Shown: positions 50,071 to 63,944 of the stretch, piece after piece
Numbering within the stretch: the stretch's first letter is position 1
How the letters are laid out: every line of letters starts with the position of its first letter
DNA from: Vezdaea acicularis
Lineage: Eukaryota
Reading direction: 5' to 3'
Length of the DNA: 64,000 bases
Assembly: GCA_026025075.1 (NCBI GenBank)
Contig: JAPEUI010000078.1
Span: 1 to 64,000 of the forward strand
The notes under the pieces: model-generated
What the model was told of the DNA's origin: nothing
The model's database searches: none
The model's input: only the letters and a program-made list of their open reading frames with translations
Made by a program: the position numbers and the translations under genes

Positions 50071-50782
50071 AATGATGTTTATGAGTTTCAAGGAAGAAAA
50101 TGAGTTAATGAGGGAATTGGGGGTTGCGGGATTCGAAATTTGGAGCTTGCGCGTTCGCGGAAGACTGTGAGCTTTCCGGAGGTCTAGGTGGGATGCACAA
50201 GTGGAATTTTGGAATTTTTTTCGAGGCCTCGCTTCTGTGCAGGGATCTAGCGTCACGGCCGCTAAACTCTATCGATGTTTTCTTCCAGTGCAGGGACTCT
50301 GATCACCACACGTTGAGAATTGAACCTTACACAGAAGAGGCTATCAGCGTTTAGTGGTCGACCTCGCTATGATCGGGTCACTCGCCATATATCGAATAAA
50401 ATGAAGCTGGAGAATATAAGGCTCAGTAACTATGTGTATTTGATGGTATCATGACTTTTAATTAAGGGTATTGTACATATTTAGAATTCTGTAATCTACA
50501 AAAGGGCACGAGTAATGTGTAGTTCAGAAAGGGACTGCGCTTGAAAGATCCGAATTAGGGTTTCTTATGCCTGGACTACCACGTGTCCCATACTCTTCCT
50601 TTGGCCAAGATGTGTTCTATACCCCGCGGGACAGGAACGTACTTAGATGGTGATGTCTGAGGTCTGCTGCGCCCTAGTTCGCAATCTACTGTTTGTTTTC
50701 GGCCTGCGGAATGGTTTGTCTCCCTCCAAGATGTGACTGATCCGTCGCCAAAGTTGAAGCCCGTCAAGAGCTATTGATCAAC

Positions 50783-53679
50783 CTACGGTTTCATGAGATG
50801 TACAAAGATAGTAACTCTTTCGAGCTCAACGTCCTGCCCTGGTGCTGTCTTCGGTGCACCTCTTGGAGGACCTACAACCAAGTCCATCTCAACCCTATTC
50901 ACACCAGGAAGGATCTGCGCCTCATAGAGAGGCGTACGGGTATCGCTGTGCGGAGGCGGCTGAGGTACCTGAGTCAGTCGGTTCCCATTCACGGTAAGAA
51001 GGATTCTGTATTGGCGACTGCCCACAGCGGATGAGATAGTTGGTACGATGCGAAGATAGTTGTGGGAAGATGGTAGACTCATTGTCACAGACTGCTGGGA
51101 GAACGTAGCTGAAGGGGGTATATCAAGACGGAATGGGCGAGGTATGTCTAAGACCGGGTGGGTAGTGATACTAAGATTAGATATCAGAGCTTCTGATAAA
51201 GATGGACTTTTGTTAGTAATCTATACGTGGGAGTGGAGGAAGAAGGCAAACCTTTGCCGGGCTTCCTGAATTTATCATCAAATGGGTTTGCGGGGGGATG
51301 ATGTTGAGTAACGTAGGAGCTATGATATGCTGCAGGAGAAGAATATTGTTGTGCGTGAGAACCTTGAGCCAGCGGTGTAAGCACCGGGGTAGCTGCTACA
51401 GGAGCATTCAAGTACGGACTCTGTACACTCTGATTATTGCCCTGATTTCCGGGTCGAGCCAGGTCTGGTCTGTTAGCGCCGAGCATGGGAGACGGAGCGG
51501 CACCGCCTTCGCTTTTAACGGCAGCAAGAGCTGGTGACCCTGTTGAGCCTGTAGTACTTCTTGTCCCATCTCCAGCGCCAACTATCGTTGTAGGTCTAGT
51601 CTCAATTTGACCAGTCTTGATTTGACTTGGGCCTGCATGACCGTTAGGGAGAACATTACTTTGATGAGGTGAGAATGCTGGGTCCCCATTTGAACGTCCT
51701 ATTGAGGGAGTTGCCGGGCCCTGCTTTGGCGGAGATTGAGAAACGCGATTCAAGGCCTCTGAGTTTTGGGCAACACCACCAACACGCAGCCTGATCTTCG
51801 GTTGGGAGAAGTTCAATTTGACTCGAGGTCCACTGGGCTGAGGCGGATCTGGGGCCGCTTTAGCGGCTTCGGACAGACGCTTTGTAAAATATGCCTGTAC
51901 TCCTTGTAAGGATAGCATTCGACGCAAGCGTAAAAATCGCACTGATTGACACTCACCTCTAGTTCAGTAGCATAAGTAGATATTTCACTTTTGTCTTCGT
52001 TGTACTCTCGAGCATTCTGCCAGATGAAGCTTACAGCTCGGGCGAATGCATCCCAGCTTTGAAAATCGGATACGCCTGTCCCTGTCTTTTCCTTTCCTTG
52101 TATTCCATGGACCCTCTTCTCTAACTGCTTGAGGGATACAGGGTGCTTGATAACAGCGTAATAGTCTTTCAATGATCGAGATGGAAGGTTTATGAATGGT
52201 TGAGATATTGGTAAGTCGCTTGTCATGTAATTAGTCGGTAATACGAGAAGAATTCGGATCTTTGGTGCACATACTCTTCGTTCTGATAGGTCATCAACTC
52301 AGCCATAAGCTTTTCTTGTGCTGCTTGAAACGTCATGCCCTGAAATCCTTCGTTCCCGTTTGCGAGGACACGAGATGATGGTGTTGCGCTTGCAACGCTT
52401 TCGCCTCTCCCGCCATTGCTTGAGCCAATAGGTGGTTCTGATCCCTCTGCGCCTTGCTCGCGGCGTGGCCTTCCACGTTTGCGTCTTGTGTCTTCTTGAT
52501 CGGCCTTTGATAGGTCTTGTCCTTGATCATAGGCCAGATCACCATCTATATCCATTTCTCCGTTCCTTCCAACGTAGGCTTCCGTTGTAGGCCCTGCAGA
52601 TGGAATCTCCTCACCCGGCAAAGGCGTTGGATAGGCGCGGTAAGACGGATCTCGATATGCAGGATTGTGCTTCTTCATATATTCGGAGACCATTTTGCGT
52701 ATTCGTTCCGCATCACCAAACACCTCCGAGGATTTATTGTTGTATGACTTGGCATTTTGAACCATACGCTTGACATCACTCTCAATGGCAGTGACATTAG
52801 GATATTCGAAGCGCGAAATTTTGCCCTAGCGAACAGCTCCGATTAGCCATGCTCCTTCAAATGGTGTTTGTTTCCCCGACTGTACTGATACATGGATGCC
52901 CTTCGCCAACCATGGACAACATGTGAAAAAGTGGGGAAGGAAATGATGATCGTAGCTCCTTACCTCGATAGTATCGATTGCTATCGGCATCAGAGTGTGT
53001 TGGTAATAATCCGGAAAAGCATGCTTTTTTATTGAGTATGATTAGTATAGTCTCAATGCAACACGTGTTGATTAAATGCGTACCTGGTCCGGAAGAGTCA
53101 AGAAGTTAGTTACAACGGGCCTGCCTCTGCAATTGAGATGGATGTCAGTGATTGAATTCGAGATGTGTATACAAGCAGATTCATAAAATCTTGAAAACAC
53201 CATTGCCGCCGCTTGTACGAACCGTTTGTCTTTGGTCTGCTTCAGCTGTTCCAGGAAAGCTCGTCCAGCATTCGCAGCTGATTCGGGCGTTTCGATGGTG
53301 GAGGGATCGAAGTCCTATTGATAAGCAATGCCTTTTATTAGCCATTTGGGAAATGATTCGACGTCTGACGGCGACGCGAGCCGGTTCTAAGTCAGGTCGG
53401 CTTGACGTGCTCGAGGCTGCGACGACTTGAAGAAAGGTGAAAGATGTCAGGAAACCGATAGGTAGCGAAAGGTTCGCCGACTCTTTCACTCCTCTGCAAA
53501 TCTTATCCCAGAACAAGCCACCATAACATTTGAAGAACCAAAGTTTGCACCCGCTTCACCAAGAACATATCGCATTCGGAGAAACATGGATAACATACCG
53601 GGACTTTTCTTCTCTTCGCAACCCGATCGTCAGAATCAGGAGAAGCAGCCATTGCAACCCCGGCTTTGCGCTTTTCCAT
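50783..53679 (-). CDS. Tandem bromodomain protein (RSC4/RSC1-like chromatin remodeller subunit)
   Basis: Exon 1 MEKRKAG...AKRRKVP; FLTLPD / FPDYYQ..PIAIDTIE / DVKRMVQNAKSYN (bromo 1); FINLPSRSLKDYYAVIKHPVSL...IWQNAREYN (bromo 2); C-terminal beta domain PGVNRVEMDLV. Confidence 0.87.
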
Positions 53680-53870
53680 TCCCTATGGAACAGAGGTTGC
53701 TTGGGTATGTTGGAGGATGGTATGGGCCTTGCAGAACTGGAATACTCTCTTTGTCGCACAATGCTCAAAAACCAAGGATGCTTTTCGTGGCCGCGCAAAC
53801 GACGCGATGTGCTTTGCCGCGGAAGGGTAAACCAATGTTCGCCAAGCTGACAACGAGTAACAGGTTAACT

Positions 53871-53884
53871 TGAAAAATTTCGCG
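53871..53884. promoter_or_regulatory. RRPE-like (TGAAAAATTT) overlapping SCB-like (CGCGAAA, minus strand) element in the divergent RSC4-like/CKS1 promoter
   Basis: TGAAAAATTTCGCG read directly. Function is inferred from yeast motifs only. Confidence 0.35.
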
Positions 53885-54431
53885 CATCCACATCGAAATA
53901 AGTTATTTGCTCATGGGTTGTCACTATACAGATACAAATCTTCGCTGAACCCTCAGTGAATCGAATGCATCTGAAAGGCTCTCCTCCGCATACACACAAA
54001 ACGATCCCCCGGCCTATTAGAAGTGGATCTGCACCAGATGCGCCAAGCTCAATCACGTGTAGGTATACGGGAAGTTCCGGATTCATGCGGGCAGGAGCGA
54101 TGTGTGGTGTTAACGCTCATCCCACCATCCGATAAACACTAGATTCCCCAAGGTTCGCAGCGTGTTGGTCTCAAGGCATCTCATGATAAATGTAAGCTCA
54201 GCTACAATTCCAGATTTCTTTAGGCTACATTGCAACATCATTCCCAGAGAACTCCTTTAGACCTTCGTGGGACTCACGAGTCTTTGCATCTTCCTCGCGA
54301 CCTTCGAAAAACATTACTCAGTTTCCAGTACCATCACCTAGCGCTACAGACACGCGGCACCGTGCGTGCCGAGCGTTAAGAGGCAACTCAAGAGATTTGG
54401 GCCATTGACTATCAAAATCCTCATCACAGCT

Positions 54432-54946
54432 ATGGCGGACGACTATAACAGACGGAACAAAAAGCCCAGACAGCTTTCTGAACCCGAACGAGAGCGACTA
54501 GAAGAATTTATAGATGGCATTCACTACTCATCAAGGTTCGTAAAACAAGGTTGGCGCCACCATAAGACTGCGAGGTAACAATCGTTAGATATTCCGATGA
54601 TGAGAACGAGTACCGGCATGTCCAACTCCCGAAACCAATGCTCAAGGCTATTCCAAAGGATTACTTTGATCCATCAAAGGGTACCCTTAAATTATTATGG
54701 GAGGAGGAATGGAGGGGCCTTGGTATTACGCAGGTATAGAGCACTTCACTACATCATGGCTTTCTTCTCGACTGACCTCTCAATTCGGCACGAAGAGTCT
54801 AGGATGGGAGCACTACGAAGTCCATGAGCCCGAGCCACATATTCTTCTATTTAAGTGGGTGCAATTCATGTACATATGAGGTGTTGCACCTAATGCTAAC
54901 TTGGTGTAGACGTCCCATCAATTATCAGCCTCCTGCAGCCAATTAA
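54432..54946 (+). CDS. CKS1: Cyclin-dependent kinase regulatory subunit
   Basis: [21 protein letters not shown]...[36 protein letters not shown] across four exons. Confidence 0.97.
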
Positions 54947-55168
54947 GACACCCTCTCCTCTTTATCAAAGGCCTGTAAATGTTCTTGAACTTTCTTCACA
55001 TGCACACTGGTTGGAGCGCTTGTCATTTCCGGGAGTTTAGCGATCATAATAGCTACGGACAGTCCCAGACTTCCATCGCGTCGATAGACCGCTTAGAGTA
55101 TAGTCAATTTGACTTTTCAAGTAATCTCTCACTGGGCGCCATCTATGTTTTCCATGAAGTCTCTAGTA

Positions 55169-56206
55169 TCAAATTCCCATCAACCCGCTCTCCTCCTCTA
55201 ATTTTCTAGGTAGTCCGACTGCAGCAACAGAATTGCCTACTTTTATCTTGACCTTATCGAAAAAGACCTCTGAGGCTTTGATGCTACTTTGAAGGATATT
55301 ACGTACACCGGGTAAGGTATTGATTAACTCAAGGCCGTCATTGGGAGCAGCAAGTCTCCACCCAAGGCTTACGTGGAAGTGTTGAGAGAAGTCTGCTATG
55401 TCCAAGTATTTTCGTTTTCCTTTGCTGACTCTGGCTTTCGAGCCGCGCCAACGATCTTTTGGAGAACTCGACCTTTCTGATTTTACACTTGCGGGTTCGG
55501 CGTATAGTGGAGGTTGGTCAAAGTCAGATGCAATCTGGTTGCAGACTTTCAATAGTCGGTTGAGCTGGTTTCCTTCAAGTTTCTCAGCCCTGAGGACCAA
55601 GAACCATCGCGTGCTCTCATAGTTGACCTCCCAGGACACGCTAGAGAATCTTACGCTGAATGGTCGAACATTGGACGCTTTGAGCGCTTTCTCGAGCTGC
55701 TCCACGAACGAATCCTTTTGCAAGGTTGAGAGAGCCAGTGGGCGTGAAAGGCTGATATGTAAAGGAAGTGGAGTCCCAAGTGAGGATCTTAGCAGCGTCT
55801 GAATCGGCTCATCCGCGCCTTCGTTGGCAGCGTCGATTAGATCATCTAGGATCTTATATTCTGTAGGCGTCGGATGCCCTCCGCGAGATTAGTTTACGAT
55901 CATCCGTAGTGCATCGTTTGAACACAGTCATCAGGGAGGATTACACTCGAGATATACGTGTGTAGGCCAATTGCCTTCAATGTGTGGTGTTGCTCGTTTC
56001 CGTCCATTGTGGAGACTCGGGTCGTCTCGCGTACTAACTCTCGTGCTCGAAGCGTACAAGTCATGGAAAGCGGATGGTAGAGGCGGTAGCGTAGTCGGAT
56101 CTGACTGATCCGAACCGACAGAACGCTTACGCTTTTTGTTGGATCGAGGTTCTGCTATCTCTGTGGGAGTGTCATCATCGGAAGATGGGTAGTCGACCAG
56201 GGCCAT
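55169..56206 (-). CDS. USB1: U6 snRNA 3'-phosphodiesterase (2H family)
   Basis: MALVDYPSSD; HNGRKRATPHIEGNWPTHVYLE; two HxS motifs (LHISLSRP, FHVSLGW). Intron at about 55879-55944. Confidence 0.93.
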
Positions 56207-56539
56207 CAGTTGCTATCCCTGGTTGGGTCTGCCTCGATCCGCAGAAGTGTGGTAGGAAGGGAAGCTTGTTTCTCTGTGGGAGCAGTTTAGTGGCCGCGAA
56301 ACCAAGAGGCTGAGAGCTTGTTGGGTAGGTTGACGTGGAGTGCTGACGCGGATTCGGGAACGATTCGCGCGGATTGCTTCGGTCATCGGGGCGGTCTCCG
56401 ATGACGTTGGGCGCGGGAAAAAGCACAAAGCCGGTGGACGTACAAGTACCTTACTCCAAGCTCTTATCAGAAAAACGTCCCGTCCAGGTACGATCATCAA
56501 CTACAACCTCTATCCTCCCCAGAATTGTTTTTTGTGGTC

Positions 56540-57827
56540 ATGGCGACGTCGGAAGACAAGCAATGGGTATGTCGGCATCCAAGTTTCGATCTAGGAACAG
56601 CTATGGCCGCGTCTTGGTCGAACTCTCTTCACTATCTTCTTATATCTCTCCTCCTGATTCGCTGACTTTCTTCAAGGCTGCGAAATATCTCCTTGATCCC
56701 CTTACAGCTCCAGAGCCCAGTGATGAAACAGGACCAGGCACTACTTTTGGGAACAGCTTAGCTGCTGCAACTCCACTGACTTCTATCCCATCAACACCAA
56801 ATCCTAGCTCACCAGCGAGACAAGCCTCACGATCCTCGACGAAGTCTAAAACTTTGACAAAGAAAAGCGCTTACCCTACTCCGCCGTCATCCGCTAGCCC
56901 TCGCCGGGACCGGTTTCCTGATCTTTCGCCCTCGATCGGTGAGAGGATATTTCCATCGTCTGGTGACCGGCAAAGTAGAGGAAATCTACCGGAGACAACC
57001 AGCGAAGACCAAGGTCATCGCCGTCGAGGTAGCTCCCTTACTGGTAGATATCCTGGCGACCAGTCCCATCGACCACTCGATATGATAAGGCAGGAAGCCA
57101 AACTTGCCCATCGATCTCCTCACCTTCGTAAGACTCACATACCAGGTACTGATGCTATTGATAGCCTGGACGATTCATTTGGGGGAGTACGATATCACCA
57201 TGAGGGTCCGTTCGATGCTACATTGTTCGCACGGAATACCTCATTCGAGAGTAGCCCGTTGGAAGCTGTCAGATCGTCGAATATGGAGGCCATTAAAGCT
57301 ACACCACGCGAAAGAATCCAAGACAGCTTAGAAAAGCATAGGCCCTTAGACGGCACTAGTAGTGTTCCATCTGGAATGACGGACTATTACGGACGTCGGA
57401 TGGAGTACGAAGAAGGTGCCGATCTCATGATTGAAGACGGTTACAGAAGGTGGCCTGGCTTGGTAGGTTTTCAGGACTTCATGGAACTCTCCAGTGCAAT
57501 GAACTAAATTCTTACTCCTAGCAATATCTACCGGAGGATCTCAAAGGGAAGGGCGAACCATCGTATTCGCTTGAGAAGGCACTGAAGGATCACAAGGCGC
57601 ATACAAGGTCAACCTCAGACTGCACAGGCACATATGAGATGGCCTCCAATATCGACAGGCCACGGTCATCAGTCGACACCAACACAGGAGGTAGGGGAAG
57701 TGCTATGAGAAGTTATGCAGATTGGGAAGGAGATATACGTCGGACCAGCTCGACCGGAAAGAATTCGGGTTTCGGGCTTAAAAAGAGGTTCGGGAGTCTT
57801 CGACGGAAAGATCGGGCTTCGAGTTAG
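56540..57827 (+). CDS. PAL1: Pal1 cell morphology / endocytic protein
   Basis: MATSEDKQW / AAKYLLDPLTAPEPS; RYPGDQSHRPLD; DAIDSLD...YHHEGPFDA; DLKGKGEPSYSLEKALK; LKKRFGSLRR. Confidence 0.88.
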
Positions 57828-58899
57828 TCAGATTGGGGAAAGGGATTCAGGAGGTGGGGACAGAGACGACACTGGCGTGACAGAAGCTGGCATTGAGGCA
57901 AATGGTAGATTATCAAATTCATGCAGATCTTTTGTGTTCTCTTTAGGTGGGTTTATTTGTAAAATAATGTTGCAAGGTTCTACCACTCAGGGGACGAAGT
58001 CAGTGCTGGATGAAATCCCAAGAATATATAGCCTTGTGCAATCTCCCACGCGCATCTCATTTGGCAACGGCACCTCATTGATCTCACAACCTCCACATTA
58101 GATGACTGGATGAGTGGTATTTTCAGGCAACTTTCCCACCCACCTTTGCCCAGAATGAGTGGAACATACGGGGCCTTCTCGTGGTAGACAATGAGATTCC
58201 GTTGATATCGTAAGATCCCCACTTTGACTTTAATACACGTCGATAGCAGTCTCTTGCACCTCTGCGGGAGTAGCCTACGATCCAGGTCCTTCTCGTAAAA
58301 CTAGTCATATCGAACGACCCTGGTGAAGCATAGTGTGGGGTACGTGGGAGGGTCAGGTGAAGCGGCTGAGCTTTTCACATGTCATCGAAGAACCCCAGAT
58401 CCGCGCCCGAACAGCCCCGTGACCACCGCGTCGCATGCGGAACAGGGTCTCGGCTACTGTACCGACCCCACGTTCCACGCTGTTGCTCTGGAAGCAGCTT
58501 CACATGCTTCCCCTGGGGTCAATTAGACACAATTGGATCTCGAACGAAGACGCAGCAAAAGGGAGCCATGGTTGAGGATTTGCGTTAAAGGATGTGCTGA
58601 CCTAACGACTCTGGACTATTCGATGCCGCGGACGAATCAGCTTCTGTGGGGTGTCGGCAGCGCGCCAGCCGGTCCAGCTTGAAAGAACATCCTCGGCACA
58701 AATCCCCGCGCCGACGCGGCTAGACAGGCACAAGACGTCTGCACTTGGATGGACATCACATTCCAGTGGCGGTCTGACGATCTTCCTACAAAATCGCATC
58801 CGCCCACCTTTTCTGTAAATATTCTTGAACTCTATATTCTTCAAACCCTCCCTTGCATTCCATCCTTCATCACACCAACTATCTTATTCAAATTCCACG

Positions 58900-60935
58900 A
58901 TGCCTCCAAGGGTCATTGTCGTTGGTGGCGGCCGTAAGTACCATTTCGTCAGCCCAAACGCCGTTGATCCGAAGCTGACTCGTGGTCGCAGTTTCTGGTC
59001 TCAGCGCTGCACACACCATATATCTCGCTGGCGGGAATGTACTTGTCCTAGATAAGCAAGGTATGACACCTCTCGGTCTGCGATGGAGAGCCAGTTGCTG
59101 ATTGCTCTCTCAGGTTTCTTTGGCGGCAACTCGACAAAGGCGACTTCCGGCATTAACGGCGCCCTCACGAGGACACAGGTTGACGAGAAGATCGGCGACA
59201 GCGTCAAGCAGTTCTACGATGACACACTGAAGTCTGCTCGGGACAAGGCGCGGCCGGACCTCATCAAGGTTCTGACATACAAGTCGGCCGCCGCAGTCGA
59301 ATGGCTGCAAGACGTATTCAACTTAGACTTGACTCTAGTTTCGAGGTTAGGAGGTCACTCTCAACCCCGGACACATCGCGGTCATGACGCAAAATTTCCC
59401 GGAATGGCAATCACATACGCTCTAATGCAGCGGTTGGAGGAGCTTTCAGAGAACGAGCCGGAGCGCGTGCAGATTATAAAGAAAGCACGGGTTACAGGCG
59501 TAAATCATGAGGGTAACAAGGTTTCTGGAGTCACATACGAATTCAACGGAGAGCCTACCAAAGCTGATGGCCCTGTCATTCTTGCCACTGGCGGTTATGC
59601 GGCAGATTTCAGCGAGACTTCTCTATTAAAGAAGTTCAGGCCAGACGTCTATGACTTACCAAGTACTAATGGCCAACACGCCACTGGCGACGGACAGAAA
59701 ATGGTCATGGCAATCGGCGGCAACGGCATTGACATGGATAAGGTCCAAGTTCATCCGACAGGTCTTGTGGATCCTAAGGATCCAGACTCGAAATGGAAAT
59801 TCTTAGCAGCGGAAGCACTCCGAGGAGAGGGTGGTCTTCTGCTCAATGCTTCGGGCGACCGCTTCTGCGATGAGCTCGGCCACCGCGATTACGTTTCTGG
59901 CGAGATGTTCAAGAACAAGTTCCCCATCCGATTGGTCCTCAACTCCAAGGCATCCAACGTTCTCGACTTCCATACCCGTCACTACTCCGGCCGCGGTTTG
60001 ATGAAGAAGATGACCGGTAAGCAGCTGGCCAAGGAGATAGGCTGCAGCGAGGACAAGCTCCAGAGCGTCTTCAAGGACTACAACGATATTGCGGACGGCA
60101 AGAAGAAGGATCCGTTTGGCAAAAAATTCTTCCACAATCTCCCCCTCGACATCAATGACGATTTCCACGTTGCACTCATGCAGCCTGTACTCCATTTCAC
60201 AATGGGCGGTGTCGAGATCAACGATAAGTCCGAAGTTCTCAACTCTGAGGGCAAGCCATTCGAGGGTCTCTACGCCTGCGGTGAACTGGCTGGAGGTGTC
60301 CACGGCGCCAACAGACTGGGTGGTTCGTCACTACTCGGCTGCGTTGTCTACGGGCGCGTTGCAGGTGACTCTGCAAGCCAGTACCTCTTCCAGAAAGTAC
60401 TCACGGGCGGCGTCTCAACTGCTGCTCAACGGCTAGGCCAGATCTCGCTGCACATCGATCCTTCACAGCCCGGCAAGATTTCCGTCGAGTGGGACTCCCA
60501 GGCTAGGAGTGAGTCGACACAGTCTCAGCAAAGCCAGCAATCCGCAGGACCGGTCATGAAGGACGACGCCAGAGACGCCGGACAAGTCTCGAAGCCTAAC
60601 AATCCGAAGGAGTTCAAGGTCCCGGAGACCGAGTACTCGATGGACGAGGTTAGCAAGCATAGCAAGAAGGAAGACGCGTGGATCGTGGTGAAGGGCATTG
60701 TGCTGAACGTGACCGAGTGGTTCGACGAGCATCCTGGTGGGCCACAAGCCTTGATGAACTTTATGGGGAGGGACGCTACCGAAGGTAAGCCATTCCGCTG
60801 AAATACCCTCAGCTAATAGCTGCTAACGAAAACGTAGAATTTGCAATGCTCCACGACGACGAAGTTATTCCGAAATACGGGGGATCGATTGTCATTGGGA
60901 GGGTTGAGGGACAGACTCCTTCGCTGGAACTGTAG
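58900..60935 (+). CDS. OSM1: Soluble FAD-dependent fumarate reductase with C-terminal cytochrome b5 domain
   Basis: VIVVGGGLSGL; GGNSTKATSGING; QVHPTG; EALRGEGG; HFTMGG; GGVHGANRLGGSSL; HPGG (cytochrome b5 heme motif). Confidence 0.95.
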
Positions 60936-62240
60936 GCCATTCCATTTTTTGGCGCAGCATAGGCCATAGGCAGACTTGTATTGTTAGCTTGCATGGATTA
61001 GCATATATTCCTAGATTGGAATGACTGATCTACTTATTGATGTAGATCTGGATGCCGTGACCATGGTTTCACAAGATGTTTTGTAAAAAGTCGCAGGTTT
61101 GCAGAATTGCACCATGATCGGATCTATGAAATGGGAAATTTTCCGTCAAATGCATCCCAGACGGTGAATAGAATTAAAGTACTGTATCAGGAGCATTGCG
61201 GCTTCTGTTTTGATTGGGCCAGGCCACGATATAGTTCAGTGCCATGTCATAAGTCTTCGTCCGAATTTTCCTGTCGCAACCCAAACCTGTCACCCACAAG
61301 TCAGAGGTACTGCAGTGGGGCGTCGTAAGAGTCGTACATTCGCAAAAGTATACCTCCCACATTAATCATGCCCTAAGTACGGCGATTAACAAATCCATTT
61401 GTAAGAAACCTAGCTTACAGATTACCTGGGGAGGTCTTTGATATATCAATTGAATAAATGCATCATTGAGTGCAGGCAGTTCTTGATTCCTGGGTGTTAT
61501 ATCATATAATAGCGGTCTCGTAAATGTACTGTACTTGAGGACAACACTTACAACCCCCACTGTAAGCGGCAATTTTACCTAAATCTTGGGAATATTTTCC
61601 TGACACCCATTTCAGAGCACAATGAAATATGCCGTGCACTGCAATTGTAGCAAATGGATGGCATACTAGGCGTTCGCTGGTTGAATCCTTTGGATAGATG
61701 GACAATCTTCGCGCTTATTTGAAATTAAACGAAGCCTTATGACATAGAACTGTACACATTGGCCTCGAGTACACTCCCGTACAACAGCGCGGGCGCTGGA
61801 GGCTACAGTAGTCAAAAGCGGGACGAAGCGAAACCTTGCGGCCAATAGAGATCGCACTAGAATTAGTGCCTAGTGGGCCGACCCGTCATCTCACTCGTTG
61901 ACTGCCTACGCGCATTGCCGCATATTGGACTCCGGGGCCGGGGGCGTATACCGCGCAACCGCTTGAAGAAGATGCAGCCGTCTGGAACAGGAATACTGTG
62001 TAACCACCGAAATACCAGACCCGTTTGCCGTTGGACAGTACCCCTCCGCTCGCTTGTCTGCAGGGGGCAGGATGTGCATTCTTCTGGATCCGCGCGCTGG
62101 CAACACGGAGGTGAACTGCTGATAAGAATAGGCAGCTCTGCCTAACACTCGACACCCATCAGCCTGCCCAGGCATGAGTTGGGCCATGTAACGCGCCAAA
62201 GCCATATGTAGCATAGATCTTGAGAGCTTCAAAATCTCCA

Positions 62241-63944
62241 ATGCCACGAAAGAAAGCAACCAAAGGCAAAGGAGTCGTGGCATCAATAGCTTCTGCAGGC
62301 GGAGTAGGCCCAGCCATCGCGACCAATCCCAAGGTACTTCGAAGGAATCATCCACAAAACATGGCTGACTTGACGCAGCATCCAAGGAAGGCAAAAGTGG
62401 CCGAGCAATCACTAAGCGTGCACCCGTCACAAAGGTATAACCTTAGGCAGCGAAAGCCAGAGGTAGCTGCTCCTTTGCAAAGAGAGACCGTTCGATCGAC
62501 AAACCAAAAGGGCAAAGCGAGCAAGAAAGTGCCGTCAAAAGTGATATCGGCCAAGTCGACGCCGCCTGCTACTCGTCAGGAGGCAATAAGTCGACCCGTC
62601 CTTGTAAGTACTAGCACCAATTGTACAAGTCTTCAAACCTAAGCAGATCAACAGCCAGATCTGATCCAGTCTTGGGCGAAAGGAGTATCTGGAGATATCT
62701 CGGTAGAAGAATTACCGACTGAAACCTCCACTCGCCAGCTCACTGCAGTAGACAATAACGAAGATATTGCTGCGTGGTATCGGAGCTTTGGATACGCGTC
62801 ACCGGGTCGGACAGACCCTTCATCGGACGAAATGGCATCCGAGGTTACTCCTTCTCAACAACCGTCTGAAGTCGTGTCCCAAAACAAAAAGGGCAAAAAT
62901 GCGAATTTGCCAGTTAAAGCGACTGATAGGCTGTTTATCGATGAGCTGATACTTCGAAATATTAACGTAAAGGCGTCAGTGGATCAAGAGAAAAAGACAA
63001 TTGCTAAATTAATCCTGACTGACAGGTCGACGAAGCCAACTAAGAAAGAGGAAGAAGATTGGAAACGTGATTTTACAAAATGTAAAGAGGAAGATGAAGC
63101 CCAAGTTCAGCGCACAATCATGATGGAGCTCCTTGACCGACATAACCTAGCAGATACACTGGATTACGTCTGTGAATCGGTGTGGAAATGCGGACCGATC
63201 CCTCGAACGAATAATATAGGGACGATAACGAGGAAGATATCGCAGCCAAAACCCGATCTTGCCATGGCTTTCAAAACATCCTGCCTCCTATCCGATCTCC
63301 GTCTCGGCAAATTAGGAGCGTTTAAAGCTCATGTGTGCCCTGAATCGCGAAAAGGTAGCAGCGCTAGCCGTGCTTTCCACTTCTTTGCAATCGAAGTCAA
63401 AGGAATGCAAGCGGAGATCAGCAACAGCACCGCACATCTCCAAAACCTCAACACAGCCAGTCAAGCCTTGCATAATATGTACCTTATTATGCGGAAGGCG
63501 GGTGATGAGGCTAAATTCTTCCGGGACGTGCGCTTCTTCTCTGCCATCGCAACAACCGCTTGCTTCGAAGTAAGAGTCCATAGAGCGGTAGAGGATAAGG
63601 AGGTCGGCATTGGGCTCGACTATCCACTTTCCTTCCATTTCGAACAGCTTCATTTGATTGAGGGAAGTTATTCCAAAGCGCAGGTCTCGGGTATCGTTAA
63701 GAATATTCTCATCGAGTACGGAGTCAAAAAGCTACTGCCCATTCTGAAGGCTTCTGTAGACGGCGTATACAAGAAAATGCGCACCGAAGAGTTGCAGTTG
63801 GCATCTCAGGCGGCGGTGAAACGACCAGCGACCGAACCCCTGGAAACTCTCCGTAGTCAACAGAGCTCCCAGCGGCAGAGGTTGAACGAGCTTAACTTCA
63901 ACGATACAGAGTCTATTCCCAGCCAAGTTATAACTGCAGGATGA
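62241..63944 (+). CDS. PD-(D/E)XK nuclease-like fungal protein (DUF7924-like), about 550 aa
   Basis: Basic N-terminal exon 62241-62603, phase-0 intron 62604-62654, then an open frame to 63944. Motifs QPKPDLAMAF, FFAIEVKG, AHLQNLNTASQAL. Confidence 0.75.

Noticed and set aside
50553..50562. Single TTAGGGTTT telobox-like motif upstream of SSB
   Set aside because: One copy only, not a telomeric array; regulatory role unsupported.
55169..56206. USB1 in the same window as the U6-guide snoRNA, suggesting a U6-processing cluster
   Set aside because: They are 50 kb apart with many unrelated genes between; most likely coincidence.
61027..61048. 7-bp hairpin GATCTAC...GTAGATC in the OSM1 3' UTR (similar one at about 18149-18169)
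   Set aside because: Stems this short occur by chance, and eukaryotic Pol II does not use intrinsic terminators.
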